Of a DNA stretch of 58,638 nt, positions 9,671 to 18,990 are shown in pieces. Positions within the stretch are counted from its first letter, which is position 1. The number at the start of each line of letters is the position of its first letter. Origin of the DNA: Polyangiaceae bacterium (GTDB lineage: Bacteria; Myxococcota_A; Polyangia; Polyangiales; Polyangiaceae); contig JBNKBE010000022.1 of the NCBI GenBank assembly GCA_050287085.1, positions 1 to 58,638 of the forward strand, given 5' to 3'. The position numbers were made by a program, and so were the translations under genes. The notes under the pieces were generated by a model that was given only the letters and a program-made list of their open reading frames with translations, had not been told where the DNA came from and ran no database searches.

Positions 9671-12211
9671 TTACTGTACTGAAACTGTGCCGATCATGTT
9701 GGCCGGGATGTCGCGCGAGTTTGGACCCACCATGATGGTGTGCTCTCCTGTTTCGACAACCCAATCGTCCACCGTCTCGTCAAAGTAGGCCCAATCCTTG
9801 ACGGGAAGCGGAATCGTGACGCGCTTGGTCGCACCCGCCTCCAGATCGACTCGAACCGCGACCTTGTACTCCTTCTTCGGGCGCTGCAAAGGACTGTCTG
9901 GGCCGCTTGGAAAGCCAACGTAGACCTGAATGACTTCAGTACCCGCCACCGATCCGGTATTGGAGATGTCAACCGCAGCCCGCACCACACCGTCTTTCGC
10001 GGTCGTGCCGCAGGGCAGGGTCAGCGAGTTGTAGCTGAACGTCGTGTAGCTCAAGCCGTAACCAAAGGGGAAGAGCGGCGCTACACCCCGCGCCTCAAAG
10101 TCGCGGTAGCCGTGGAAGTACTGGAACGTGAAGCGCGGCACGCCGCTACCAACGTCTCCCGCGTCCGCGATCGCAACCGGCCAGGTCTGCGGCAGACGAC
10201 CACTGAAGTTGGTCGTGCCATACAGCAGATCCGCCACGCCGTAGGCGCCCACCATGCCCGGGTACCAAGCCATTACGATACCCTTAACCTGATCCTTCCA
10301 CCCCGCCATCGTGATCGGAGCGCCACCGTAGAGAACAACCAGAGTGGGCTTTCCCTGTGCCGCAACCTGAGCGATGAAGTCAGCTTGGCCGTCCGGGAGC
10401 TCAAGCGTCTCGCGATCGCCGCCGTTTTGCCACTCCTCGCCTTCGTCAAAGCTGGTGAGCGCAGCGAAGACAATCGCTAGATCGGCACCGGCAGCCGCCG
10501 CCGGATCCGTCCCCTCTACAAGATTGATCCCCGCGGGAGCCCGCTCGACCAAGCCTTGGACGGGAGAGATGCGCTCACTCGGGAAGACCTGGCTGCTGCC
10601 CTTGTCGCCCATGCGGGCGGCGTTCGCCCAAGTGCCAGCGCCGTTCTGGTATTCCCAGTCGTCCCAGAAGCTCACCTCACCCTTGGGACAGTTGGTCTGG
10701 GCGCCGTTAACGGGCTTGGGGCAAGGCCCGGGCATCGGCGGGGCCAACAACGCCACCGTGGTGTACTTCTCCGGCGTGATCGGCAGCAGCGCGTCGTCGT
10801 TCTTCAACAGCACCGTGCCTTCTTCGGCGGCACGCTCGGCCAGAGCAACGTGATCTGGATGCTCCAGGTAGGTGTTGTTGTTGAAGTAAGTACGGACGCC
10901 TTTGACCTGTTCGGTGTCATCGCAGCACTGCTGCCAGCTCTCCGTGAAGCCAAAGCGGTACTTCTGAGTCAGAATGTGGCGGACCGCCCCGTCGAGCGTT
11001 GCGGCGTCGACCTGGCTTTCAATGCCGTCGAAATAGACGCGCTCCGGCATCTCCACCTCTAGGCCCGCATTGACGCTGGGCGCCCCGCTGACAGCGGCGC
11101 CCCAGTCCGACAGCACAAACCCCTTGAAACCCAACTTGGTGCGCAGGAGGTCTTTCAACAGCGCCGGGTTCTCGGTCACGTGAGTGCCGTTGACCGCGTT
11201 GTACGACGCCATGATACAAGCCGGATCAGCCCCTTTGATGATCATTTCAAAGGGACGCGCATAGTTCTCCCGCAAAGTACGGTCGTTCATGTCCGCGCTC
11301 ACGTTGACACGACCGGTTTCCACCTCGTTGCCGACGAAGTGCTTCGGACAGGCCTGGGTGAACTGCTGACAGCCCACCACGAAGGCCGTCCCGAACTTCC
11401 CGGTCAGCCACGGGTCTTCGCCGTAGGACTCCTGAGCGCGGCCAGCGGCGGGGTGTTTGGTCAGGTTGACCGTTGGGGCCAAAGTGTTGTTCCACCCAGC
11501 AGCTAGGACCTCTTTGCAGATCGCAGCCCCCACCTCGTACTCGAGTCCGAGGTCAAAGCTCGCCGCACGCGCGACCGAAACCGGAAACGCCGTTGCCTTG
11601 CGGCCCGCGTTGTTCTCCTCTTCCCATTGGCTGATCCCGCGCGGTCCGTCCCGGAACTTGAACGCCGCGACGCCGGCCGTGTCTCTCGTGCTGAACTGAG
11701 CGTTCCGGTCGCCACTGCACCAATAGCCAGGGCATACCTGCTCACCCCCCATCATCTCCGCCTTCTCGGCACCTGTCATGGCACCGAGCTTCGCCGTTAC
11801 CTTGGCTTCGATGGTGTCGTAGGGAAACGTTTCTCCAGGGGACGTCGGATCGGCGTAGTTCTCGGACGCACACATCATCGCTACGTCAACCGTTGGTTCG
11901 ACGGGCATCATGTTGGGCGCGCCTGCGCCACCCCCCATGTTGTCCGGATTCCCCGCGCCGCCAGACGGGCCCGCGCCCCCTTTCCCTACGTCCTCCTGAT
12001 CGCCAACCTGGCCAAAGGGATTACCACCGGACATCCCTCCGGTGGACGTCCCCGCATTGTTAACTTGTCCCCCGGAGGCTGTTCCCGCCATCGAGTTCGG
12101 CGCGCCCCCTACGCCCTGCTGCGGCGGCACATTGCGCTCACACCCGACGAGGGCCAGGAGACCCAAGGTGTAGAGCGTTTTGGGGATGCTGAAGTAACGA
12201 TTCTTTTTCAT
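9671..12211 (-). CDS. GH3 beta-glucosidase/xylosidase, lipoprotein, with Fn3-like C-terminus
   Basis: Start ATG 12211 MKKNRYF with lipobox LALVGC; RDGPRG, GRAQESYGEDP, CPKHFVGN, nucleophile GFVLSDW, PLFPFGYGLSYTTF. Confidence 0.93.
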   Translation of the reverse strand: MKKNRYFSIPKTLYTLGLLALVGCERNVPPQQGVGGAPNSMAGTASGGQVNNAGTSTGGMSGGNPFGQVGDQEDVGKGGAGPSGGAGNPDNMGGGAGAPNMMPVEPTVDVAMMCASENYADPTSPGETFPYDTIEAKVTAKLGAMTGAEKAEMMGGEQVCPGYWCSGDRNAQFSTRDTAGVAAFKFRDGPRGISQWEEENNAGRKATAFPVSVARAASFDLGLEYEVGAAICKEVLAAGWNNTLAPTVNLTKHPAAGRAQESYGEDPWLTGKFGTAFVVGCQQFTQACPKHFVGNEVETGRVNVSADMNDRTLRENYARPFEMIIKGADPACIMASYNAVNGTHVTENPALLKDLLRTKLGFKGFVLSDWGAAVSGAPSVNAGLEVEMPERVYFDGIESQVDAATLDGAVRHILTQKYRFGFTESWQQCCDDTEQVKGVRTYFNNNTYLEHPDHVALAERAAEEGTVLLKNDDALLPITPEKYTTVALLAPPMPGPCPKPVNGAQTNCPKGEVSFWDDWEYQNGAGTWANAARMGDKGSSQVFPSERISPVQGLVERAPAGINLVEGTDPAAAAGADLAIVFAALTSFDEGEEWQNGGDRETLELPDGQADFIAQVAAQGKPTLVVLYGGAPITMAGWKDQVKGIVMAWYPGMVGAYGVADLLYGTTNFSGRLPQTWPVAIADAGDVGSGVPRFTFQYFHGYRDFEARGVAPLFPFGYGLSYTTFSYNSLTLPCGTTAKDGVVRAAVDISNTGSVAGTEVIQVYVGFPSGPDSPLQRPKKEYKVAVRVDLEAGATKRVTIPLPVKDWAYFDETVDDWVVETGEHTIMVGPNSRDIPANMIGTVSVQ

Positions 12212-12641
12212 TCCGATCTCCGCGGGGTCGCACAAGTAGCGGGTCCCCAAAAGGCCGAGTTGCTCGCGGTGCGGGCACTCTCCATCACCGCTACCGGTAC
12301 GCGCTAGCGCACCACCATCAGCGCAAAATTGGGGCAACACCGGGCTGACCGGTTGGACCGGTTCACCCAGCTCCAGACGCCCCTCGCCACCGATTGCCAG
12401 TTCGATGTTCTGGGCGATATGAGTCCGACCAATTTGATCACCGTATCCCCGCCTATGTAGCACACCGGCGTACCTGCTCGCGGAAAGGTCTCGCTCGGCG
12501 AAACAGCCGGAGTCCTGGCGTTCAAAACTTTCAGGCCGGGTGGAACGCCTGGCGCTCACCGGCCCGATTCGCGCGCTTCAAACCGCTGCAGCTCTTTGGG
12601 ATGCGGACCGCAAGCCACTTCTCGCAGCAACAACGCACCAG

Positions 12642-12673
12642 ACCCGCGACCGCCCGTCAGGGCCGTCGCGGGT
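12642..12673 (-). terminator. Hairpin downstream of the DUF1552 gene
   Basis: ACCCGCGAC/GTCGCGGGT stem with inner GCCC/GGGC, about 35 bp past the stop at 12708. Confidence 0.5.
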
Positions 12674-12707
12674 TGTAACCCACAAGGTAGCTTACGCTGC
12701 CAACATA

Positions 12708-14177
12708 TCACCCCAGGCCCGAAAGCGGTCCGGTGCAGAAGTCGGGGTGACCAAAGGTCTGCGTGTCAACGCCAAACATATTGAGGATCGAAACCAACAT
12801 GTTGTTGTGCGGCTGAGACGGGACTTTCAACCACCGGTGCCCTTCCAACTTGCCCCCGGCCTTGCCAGCCATGAGAAAGGGCATGTTGCTCTGATTGTGG
12901 TTTTCGGGCATCTGAATCTCAGAAACGGAAAGCACCAGCGAATTGTCCAGCAGGGTGCCTTCACCTTCGTCGATTGAGTCCAACTTTTGAAGGAGATACG
13001 CGAGCTTCTCCATGTAGAAGCTGTAGATGACTTCTAGGGAGCCAGGCTGAAAACCGCGGTCGTGTTGATACCCGTGATGGTGGTCCGTGAGCGGCTGTCC
13101 ATTCTGGTCCTTCAGGAAACCCAGCATGAATTTCGCTTCCGAGTCTGACCACTGCATGGTGCCGACTCGCGTCAGATCACACGCCATCGACGCCACCAGC
13201 AAGTCGGTCATGATCTCCCCCTTCAGGGGCACCTTCGCCCCGGTGGTGATCGACGCGTTGCCGCCATCAGACGCTCCACGCGAAACTCCATCCGCGATCG
13301 GATCGTCGTAGAATCCGGGGACGGGATCGACCCCCTCCGGAACCACACATCCCGCGTTGACCGTTTGCTTCAGCCCCTCTTCGGTCTGCTGTATCAACGT
13401 CATGTGGGCGTCCAGCTTGGCGCGGTCCTCCGCCCCGAGCTGGGTCATCACCCGCTTGAAGTCCTCCTGGACGCCGTCCAAGATCGAAGTGTTCCACTCG
13501 ACCATCTGAGAGGCGACGTCCGCGTCCCCATTCACGCCGGCGAAAATCCGGTTGAAGGCATTGAGCGGATCGCTCGCAGGAGGTACAGGCGTGGCAGCGC
13601 CGCCTGGCATGGACGGCGCCTGATACGTGATGATGTTGCCTGGATGAGGCTGCCCGCCAGCGGTAATTCCCGTCGACCAACCCGCCGAGAACTCCAAGCT
13701 GGGAAAGCGCGTCCCGGTCGAAATGGAATCAGCGATAACCTGATCGATAGACGGCCCGGCGGAAAACCCCGCGTTGCCGCCGTTGGTATTGTAGTTGCCG
13801 GCCAGCAGCTGCTGTCCGGTCAGCACGCCACCCATTCCGCGACTGTGCGGATGCCCAAAACCCAGCCGAGTGACGGATAGGTCCACTCCATCCACGAACA
13901 CGAGGCGGTCTGAGAAGGGCGACAGGGACGACATCATGGGCTGCAGGGTGAAGTCACGCTCGCTCCCCGTGGGACGCCAGCGATCCAGCAGTGTGCCGCC
14001 GGGATTGTAGAACACGATCAGACGCGTTGGCGTGTCGCTCTGGGCGTGAGTGTGCCCGGGGCGCAGCATCGCAGAGAGAAAGGGCAGACCGATAGCGACC
14101 CCCCCTGCCCCTCGCAGCAGAGTTCGGCGGTGAATGCGATTCTTCGAAGTAATCATCCAATGACTCGTTTCTTTCAC
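12708..14177 (-). CDS. DUF1552 family protein (Tat signal)
   Basis: IHRRTLLRGAGGVAIGLPFLSAM; SIDQVIA; SILDGV; LGAEDRAKLDAH; ACDLTRV; EGTLLDNS. Confidence 0.92.
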   Translation of the reverse strand: MKETSHWMITSKNRIHRRTLLRGAGGVAIGLPFLSAMLRPGHTHAQSDTPTRLIVFYNPGGTLLDRWRPTGSERDFTLQPMMSSLSPFSDRLVFVDGVDLSVTRLGFGHPHSRGMGGVLTGQQLLAGNYNTNGGNAGFSAGPSIDQVIADSISTGTRFPSLEFSAGWSTGITAGGQPHPGNIITYQAPSMPGGAATPVPPASDPLNAFNRIFAGVNGDADVASQMVEWNTSILDGVQEDFKRVMTQLGAEDRAKLDAHMTLIQQTEEGLKQTVNAGCVVPEGVDPVPGFYDDPIADGVSRGASDGGNASITTGAKVPLKGEIMTDLLVASMACDLTRVGTMQWSDSEAKFMLGFLKDQNGQPLTDHHHGYQHDRGFQPGSLEVIYSFYMEKLAYLLQKLDSIDEGEGTLLDNSLVLSVSEIQMPENHNQSNMPFLMAGKAGGKLEGHRWLKVPSQPHNNMLVSILNMFGVDTQTFGHPDFCTGPLSGLG

Positions 14178-16084
14178 TGCCCCGCGGGGACCAACTCTCG
14201 ATACAAGAAGCCGTCGGTTTGGGTGACCGCCAACATCAGGTCTTTGATGTTGCCCCCCGCCTCGACGAAAGCGACTTCAGCGGCACCGCGACTGACCGCG
14301 TCGCCGTCGTCGACAGCGCGCCCGTACGCGTACGTCAGGTAGCGTCCAACATAACAATCGAGGACATCTTCGCTCTGCGCCAATTTCTGGGCGAACTCGA
14401 CAACCCCGTCAAAAGGCCCAGCCACGTCGGTGATAGGAATGTTGCCCGTGGCATCAATGGCCGCGCCATTGTCCGTGTCGCGCCATAAGCCAACGCCGTC
14501 GAATTGCTCGAAAGCAAGCCCCAGCGGATCCATCAGGGCATGGCAGCCAGCGCAGGCGTCGTCCTCTCGATGTCGCTCCAAGCGATCCCGCACTGACTGC
14601 CCCGGCTCAAGCTCGGGGAGCTCTGGTGGAACAAAGGGCGGATTGGGCAAGTTGCCGCAGAGCATCTTGGTGTAGAGCCACTTCCCACGCTCCACAGGAT
14701 TGGTCCGGCTTCCCGGCGTGGTTGCGGCCAAGATGCTCGCCTGCGTGAGAAGACCGGCGCGCGGAGTCGACTCGAGGGACACTTGCACGAAGTCGTCCCC
14801 CGTGACGTCCTCATAGCCGTAGAAGGTGGCAAGGTCCTCGTTGACGAAGGTGTAGGGCGCCGTGAGAATGGTCTTCAGGTCGCCCTCCCCCTCCCAGATC
14901 ACATGATCGAGAAACGTCTCCGTTTCTTGGCGGAAGAGCTTACCCATTCCGGGCAGGTAGGTTGGGTAGTAGCTAGCGTCGCGCTCCAGGTAGTCGAGGC
15001 CGCCAATAGTGAACAACAGTCGATGGAAGTACCGTAAGCTATCCTTTGACTTTCGGGTGTCTTCGAGCATGCGACGAGCCTGTTCGGCAACACCCTCTTT
15101 CGTAGCCAATAGGCCCTGATCCGCTGCGGCCAGCAGTTCGTCGTCGGGGGTGGAGCTCCATAGCAAGTACGATAGGCGTGTAGCTAGCTCGTACCCAGTG
15201 GGCTTGGCTAACCCACACTCGGCATCGACGGGCTCACCCACCTCGAGCCGATACAGAAACTGTGGCGCTTGCAGCGAACGCTCGATCACCGCCCGAACGC
15301 CGCTAGCAAACCCACCACCAAGCGTACTGCCCGTTGCGAATGCAGCCCTGTAAGCGTCGAGCTCGTCGCTGGTTGGGGGTCGCCGAAACACGCGAGTGAG
15401 GTATCCGGGCAGGAAGCTCTGTTCACACTGAGCTTCGCCCTGCGCCATGTCGCAACGGGTCGCCATCTCTAGCGAGCTCTGGTCCGCGGTGAGCTCCAGG
15501 CCGAGGCGCTGAGCCACCTGCCGATAGCCGTCGATCAACAGGCGCGACACGCCCAGGGCGTCAGCGTCGTTACCAAAGCCGCTGCCGGCCTCCTCACCGG
15601 GGAACTCGTCAGCCGGGTTGGAGGTTACTCCGAAAAGGTCTCGAACCGAGTTGTTGTACTCGAAACGCGTGATGCGTCGCAGTGGCGAGCGCGGGGCCGG
15701 TGCACATCCGGGCTGAACCCCTCCTCCTCCCCCGGCTCCTCCGGCGGTGGCGCCCGCAGAGCCCTCGACGATAGGCCCTCCCGCGCCTGAACCCGCAATT
15801 GCATCGGAACCGCCGCCACCTGGGACGGCACCCGTGCCCCCGGCCATCCCGGGTGCCATCGGGTCGTCCGCAACGACCTGCCCATCGCAACCAATGGCCG
15901 CAAGCCCCAGAGCGAGGGCGAACCCCCATCCGATACCACGGCCAGGACCTTCCGCCAGAGCTGACAACCCTCGGTGCTGACCGAAGACGCGGTGCTCACC
16001 GAAGGCGCGGTGCTCGTCCCCCGCACCGCGCTTTCGCCCAATGCCGCGCTTCCCCCGCGGGCAAGCTCGTGAATGCGTTCGCAT
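14174..16084 (-). CDS. DUF1587/1595/1592/1588/1585 multidomain lipoprotein with a CxxCH motif
   Basis: LRRITRFEYNNSVRDL, FLYRLE, YELATRLSYLLWSSTPDDELL, RAGLLTQAS, TNPVERG, CAGCHALMDPLG; stop overlaps the DUF1552 start (ATGA). Confidence 0.92.
   Translation of the reverse strand: MRTHSRACPRGKRGIGRKRGAGDEHRAFGEHRVFGQHRGLSALAEGPGRGIGWGFALALGLAAIGCDGQVVADDPMAPGMAGGTGAVPGGGGSDAIAGSGAGGPIVEGSAGATAGGAGGGGGVQPGCAPAPRSPLRRITRFEYNNSVRDLFGVTSNPADEFPGEEAGSGFGNDADALGVSRLLIDGYRQVAQRLGLELTADQSSLEMATRCDMAQGEAQCEQSFLPGYLTRVFRRPPTSDELDAYRAAFATGSTLGGGFASGVRAVIERSLQAPQFLYRLEVGEPVDAECGLAKPTGYELATRLSYLLWSSTPDDELLAAADQGLLATKEGVAEQARRMLEDTRKSKDSLRYFHRLLFTIGGLDYLERDASYYPTYLPGMGKLFRQETETFLDHVIWEGEGDLKTILTAPYTFVNEDLATFYGYEDVTGDDFVQVSLESTPRAGLLTQASILAATTPGSRTNPVERGKWLYTKMLCGNLPNPPFVPPELPELEPGQSVRDRLERHREDDACAGCHALMDPLGLAFEQFDGVGLWRDTDNGAAIDATGNIPITDVAGPFDGVVEFAQKLAQSEDVLDCYVGRYLTYAYGRAVDDGDAVSRGAAEVAFVEAGGNIKDLMLAVTQTDGFLYRELVPAGQ
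15972..16015. repeat. 18-bp imperfect tandem repeat (about 2.5 copies) in the DUF1592 N-terminal extension
   Basis: CGGTGCTGACCGAAGACG / CGGTGCTCACCGAAGGCG / CGGTGCTC, encoding EHRAFG-EHRVFG-QHR. Confidence 0.7.
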
Positions 16085-16093
16085 GTTTGCAAT

Positions 16094-16120
16094 AGTGGCC
16101 TGGATACCCACGCAGGTTAC
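16094..16120 (-). promoter_or_regulatory. Putative ECF promoter GTAACC-N16-CCACT for the DUF1592/DUF1552 operon
   Basis: Minus strand GTAACC tgcgtgggtatccagg CCACT, 9 nt before ATG 16084; same motif at 20841 and 24469. Confidence 0.7.
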
Positions 16121-16164
16121 GGACGGATCGCGTGGGCGCGAAAATGCACTGCCGACCGCTCCAA

Positions 16165-18015
16165 TCAGGGCGCGCAGTCGAGCCGGGCTCCAGCCCAAAC
16201 GGCATGATCCAGGGCTGTCGTGTTTCCCCCTATCCCGACGAATAGCCGCAGCTCCGTCTTATCTCGTAAATCGACGTCGACGGTTTGCGCAGGACTCATT
16301 CCAGTCACGACGCCACTTTCGAACAGTAGTTCACCGTCAGCCCAAACCTCGAACTGTACGGAGCCTTCGGTCGCTTGATCGTCGTCGATGCCAATGTCGG
16401 CCGTGAAGCGAGAACAGGCCCGCCCCAGGCGATAACGTATCAGGGACGGCCCGTGCACCCCCAGGCCCTTCTCGTAGGTCGTATCGCGCAAACGAATCTC
16501 TGCGCCGTCGAGCGGCTCGTCCTCGCCGTTAGTGCTGTCGATCTCGACCGGACCAAAGCCGTTCGTCACGTACGTCCAAGGTAGGTTGCTCAGGTACACC
16601 TGCCCGCGAGGAAGCGCCGGCTCGGTACCGACCACCTTGAGGGCCAGCGCATCGTGGGGAGGAACGGTCACTGTCAAATGGTCGGACTGTGACGCAAGCG
16701 TTTGCCCTTGCCATAGATCGTGAACGGCAGGCTCGTCCCCCTCAACCAACCAGATATCCTTCCAGGATAGCGAGATCTCAGCGGCAGCATCGCCACGATT
16801 CCACATTACAACGGCGCGCGCCCCACACTCCGCCAGAGGCTTGGCCAGCACGTCAACACTCCCCTCGCTCATGACCAGCGCCGCCTGAAGACCCAGTGGG
16901 TCCTGGTTGAGCGCAATGACGTCGGTGTTGGTCAGAATCGATCGCGTCTCCTCGCTCATGGTGATGAGATCGTTGCCCGCAATAAGGGGCGCCGAAAGAA
17001 TGGACCACACCGAGAATTGAACGCGCTTCTCCCCCGCTGTGAAGTCCGCGTTGCCAATCTCCAACATATCGGGGTCGTTGAACGCCCCGGGACGCGCATA
17101 GGCTGCCAGCGGCACGGCGGCATCGATCGACTTCACCACAGCGTCCCACGTGGGCTCGGCGTCCCATACCCGCCACAGCTGAACAAGGTTGTGCATCCAC
17201 TCTTGGAAGCCGCCAGTTGCCAGGCTGACCACTACGTCTCGACCGCTGGCCTTCAACGCGTCGACCAAGTCTTCGATCGCCCCTTGTGAAAACCGATTCG
17301 CTGAGCACCGAACATACTTGAGGTAGTCTACGCCCCAACGCGCGTAGTTCGCCGCGTCTATGGACTCGTAGCCCTCCCCGCCGGGCGACGGCCTGCAATC
17401 CTGGATGTGAGAGTAGAAGCCGAAACGCAGACCGCGATCGTGAATGCGATCCACGAGCGAGGTGATGCTACTTGACAGCCGCTCGGGATCGAAAAGACGC
17501 ACGCCTTCCGCGTCGCGCCCGATCTGCCAACAGTCATCCAGGTTAACGTAGCTATATCCCGCACTCTGCATCCCACTGGCTATCAACGCGTCGACGGTCG
17601 CCATCAACTTGGCCTCGTCGAGCTCAGCGCGACACCGAAACGCATTATAGCCATTCCAGCCCATGGGCGGTCGGGCGGCGATCAGCCCCTGGGGAATCGC
17701 CGGGCTGCAGTCCTCAGGGAAGCCCGGCTCCGGTGGCTTGGTTCCCGCTTCGACCGGCTCCGGCCCAGCTTCCCGGGGCGGGGGCACCGCCATTCCCCCG
17801 TCCACGACTTTCGGAGTGCTGGCATCTCGACTCCCGGGCGTGGGCTCGGCACCGGCACCGGCACCGGCCTCGGCACCGGCGCCCGATGCACTTTCCATTG
17901 GAGGCGCCAGCTCGATGTCTTCGCGCCCGCACCCCACCAGCGAACCCACACCCGCGCCAAGTGCGGTGACCAGCCCCAGGGCTGAGCGGATGGCATGTCT
18001 AGAATAGCTCAACAC
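16165..18015 (-). CDS. GH27 alpha-galactosidase-like lipoprotein with C-terminal NPCBM; catalytic nucleophile substituted
   Basis: PPMGWN, VNLDDCW, FNDPDMLEIG, APLIAGND, IALNQDPLG; NPCBM YEKGLGVH..FTADIGIDD..DHAVWAGARL; YLKYV instead of YLKYD; start uncertain (GTG 18015). Confidence 0.88.
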   Translation of the reverse strand: MLSYSRHAIRSALGLVTALGAGVGSLVGCGREDIELAPPMESASGAGAEAGAGAGAEPTPGSRDASTPKVVDGGMAVPPPREAGPEPVEAGTKPPEPGFPEDCSPAIPQGLIAARPPMGWNGYNAFRCRAELDEAKLMATVDALIASGMQSAGYSYVNLDDCWQIGRDAEGVRLFDPERLSSSITSLVDRIHDRGLRFGFYSHIQDCRPSPGGEGYESIDAANYARWGVDYLKYVRCSANRFSQGAIEDLVDALKASGRDVVVSLATGGFQEWMHNLVQLWRVWDAEPTWDAVVKSIDAAVPLAAYARPGAFNDPDMLEIGNADFTAGEKRVQFSVWSILSAPLIAGNDLITMSEETRSILTNTDVIALNQDPLGLQAALVMSEGSVDVLAKPLAECGARAVVMWNRGDAAAEISLSWKDIWLVEGDEPAVHDLWQGQTLASQSDHLTVTVPPHDALALKVVGTEPALPRGQVYLSNLPWTYVTNGFGPVEIDSTNGEDEPLDGAEIRLRDTTYEKGLGVHGPSLIRYRLGRACSRFTADIGIDDDQATEGSVQFEVWADGELLFESGVVTGMSPAQTVDVDLRDKTELRLFVGIGGNTTALDHAVWAGARLDCAP

Positions 18016-18979
18016 CGAGATAGCCCGTAATGTTCGCGGTGATGGGACCTGGCGACAGGACCGGCATACCGTCAATTAGATAGCGCCGATACGTCGGATA
18101 GTAGTCGGCATCCAGCGCAACGCCGAGGTACAGCCGATCTCGGAGCCGAGCATTGGCGGAGGTCTCGAAGCCCACCGAACCATTGATTCGATCCACCGTG
18201 GATCGCAGCGAGCTTGCTTCAAACTCCCCGTGCAGACGGGCCCAATGAGCCTCTCCTCGCAGCCCCACAACCGCAAAGAACGCAGGGGCATCGAGCACCC
18301 GATAACGCACGGCAGCTCCCAGAACCGCTTCGGTATAGCGGCCAGCGTACCCGGTGCGCTCCACCCGAAACCCAGGTCCGGTGGAGACGTCCAAGCGAAG
18401 TCCGAGACCGGGTGCAGACGACAACCACAACACCGACGCAAGCTCGATGGACAACTCTGATCGACGCTCGCCAGTCCAATGGCCACCGCCACCGATCTCC
18501 AACGCCAAGCTCCGCCGCTCCTGCTGCGGGCTTGTAATGCTCCCATATCGCTCTCGGTCTGGAGATAGTGCGCTCGACCGCAATACGGTCTTCACGCTCA
18601 GGGCGACGGCTGCGGCGCTGGCTCCCGAGAAGGGCGGCGACTCCGTCAGCGGCCGAGTAGTGAGGGCTTCGGCGCCGGCGTCGAAGACCCATAGCAGCGA
18701 ATCGTCTCCCAGCGCGGTCACCCAAACCAAAGCCTCGACGTGGAGTCGGCGCGACAGCTCGGCCGCCGCCTGAACCACGTTTTGAGACGCTGCAGCGGGC
18801 CCCGCGGCCGCGCTGCGTGTTGTTTGAATACCCCACGGTGATAGGGCCAGCGAAACCGCCCGATAGAGCTCAGGGTCCGGCTGCAGCACGGCTACGCGAC
18901 GCGGCGAGGCCCCCGCTGCGCCAACGACGCAGAACAAGACGCCAACAACGGCGAGCGCGGCGATACTCCTCCTGGGCAT
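17999..18979 (-). CDS. Putative outer-membrane protein (N-terminal domain plus beta-barrel) of the ECF cassette
   Basis: Signal peptide MPRRSIAALAVVGVLFCVVGAAGA; amphipathic strands in the C-terminal half; ends YLGVELF. Confidence 0.65.
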   Translation of the reverse strand: MPRRSIAALAVVGVLFCVVGAAGASPRRVAVLQPDPELYRAVSLALSPWGIQTTRSAAAGPAAASQNVVQAAAELSRRLHVEALVWVTALGDDSLLWVFDAGAEALTTRPLTESPPFSGASAAAVALSVKTVLRSSALSPDRERYGSITSPQQERRSLALEIGGGGHWTGERRSELSIELASVLWLSSAPGLGLRLDVSTGPGFRVERTGYAGRYTEAVLGAAVRYRVLDAPAFFAVVGLRGEAHWARLHGEFEASSLRSTVDRINGSVGFETSANARLRDRLYLGVALDADYYPTYRRYLIDGMPVLSPGPITANITGYLGVELF

Positions 18980-18990
18980 CCACCCCAAGA

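Noticed and set aside
12212..12559. N-terminal extension of the GH3 ORF
   Set aside because: Signal peptide and GGAG RBS point to ATG 12211; the extension is probably non-coding open frame
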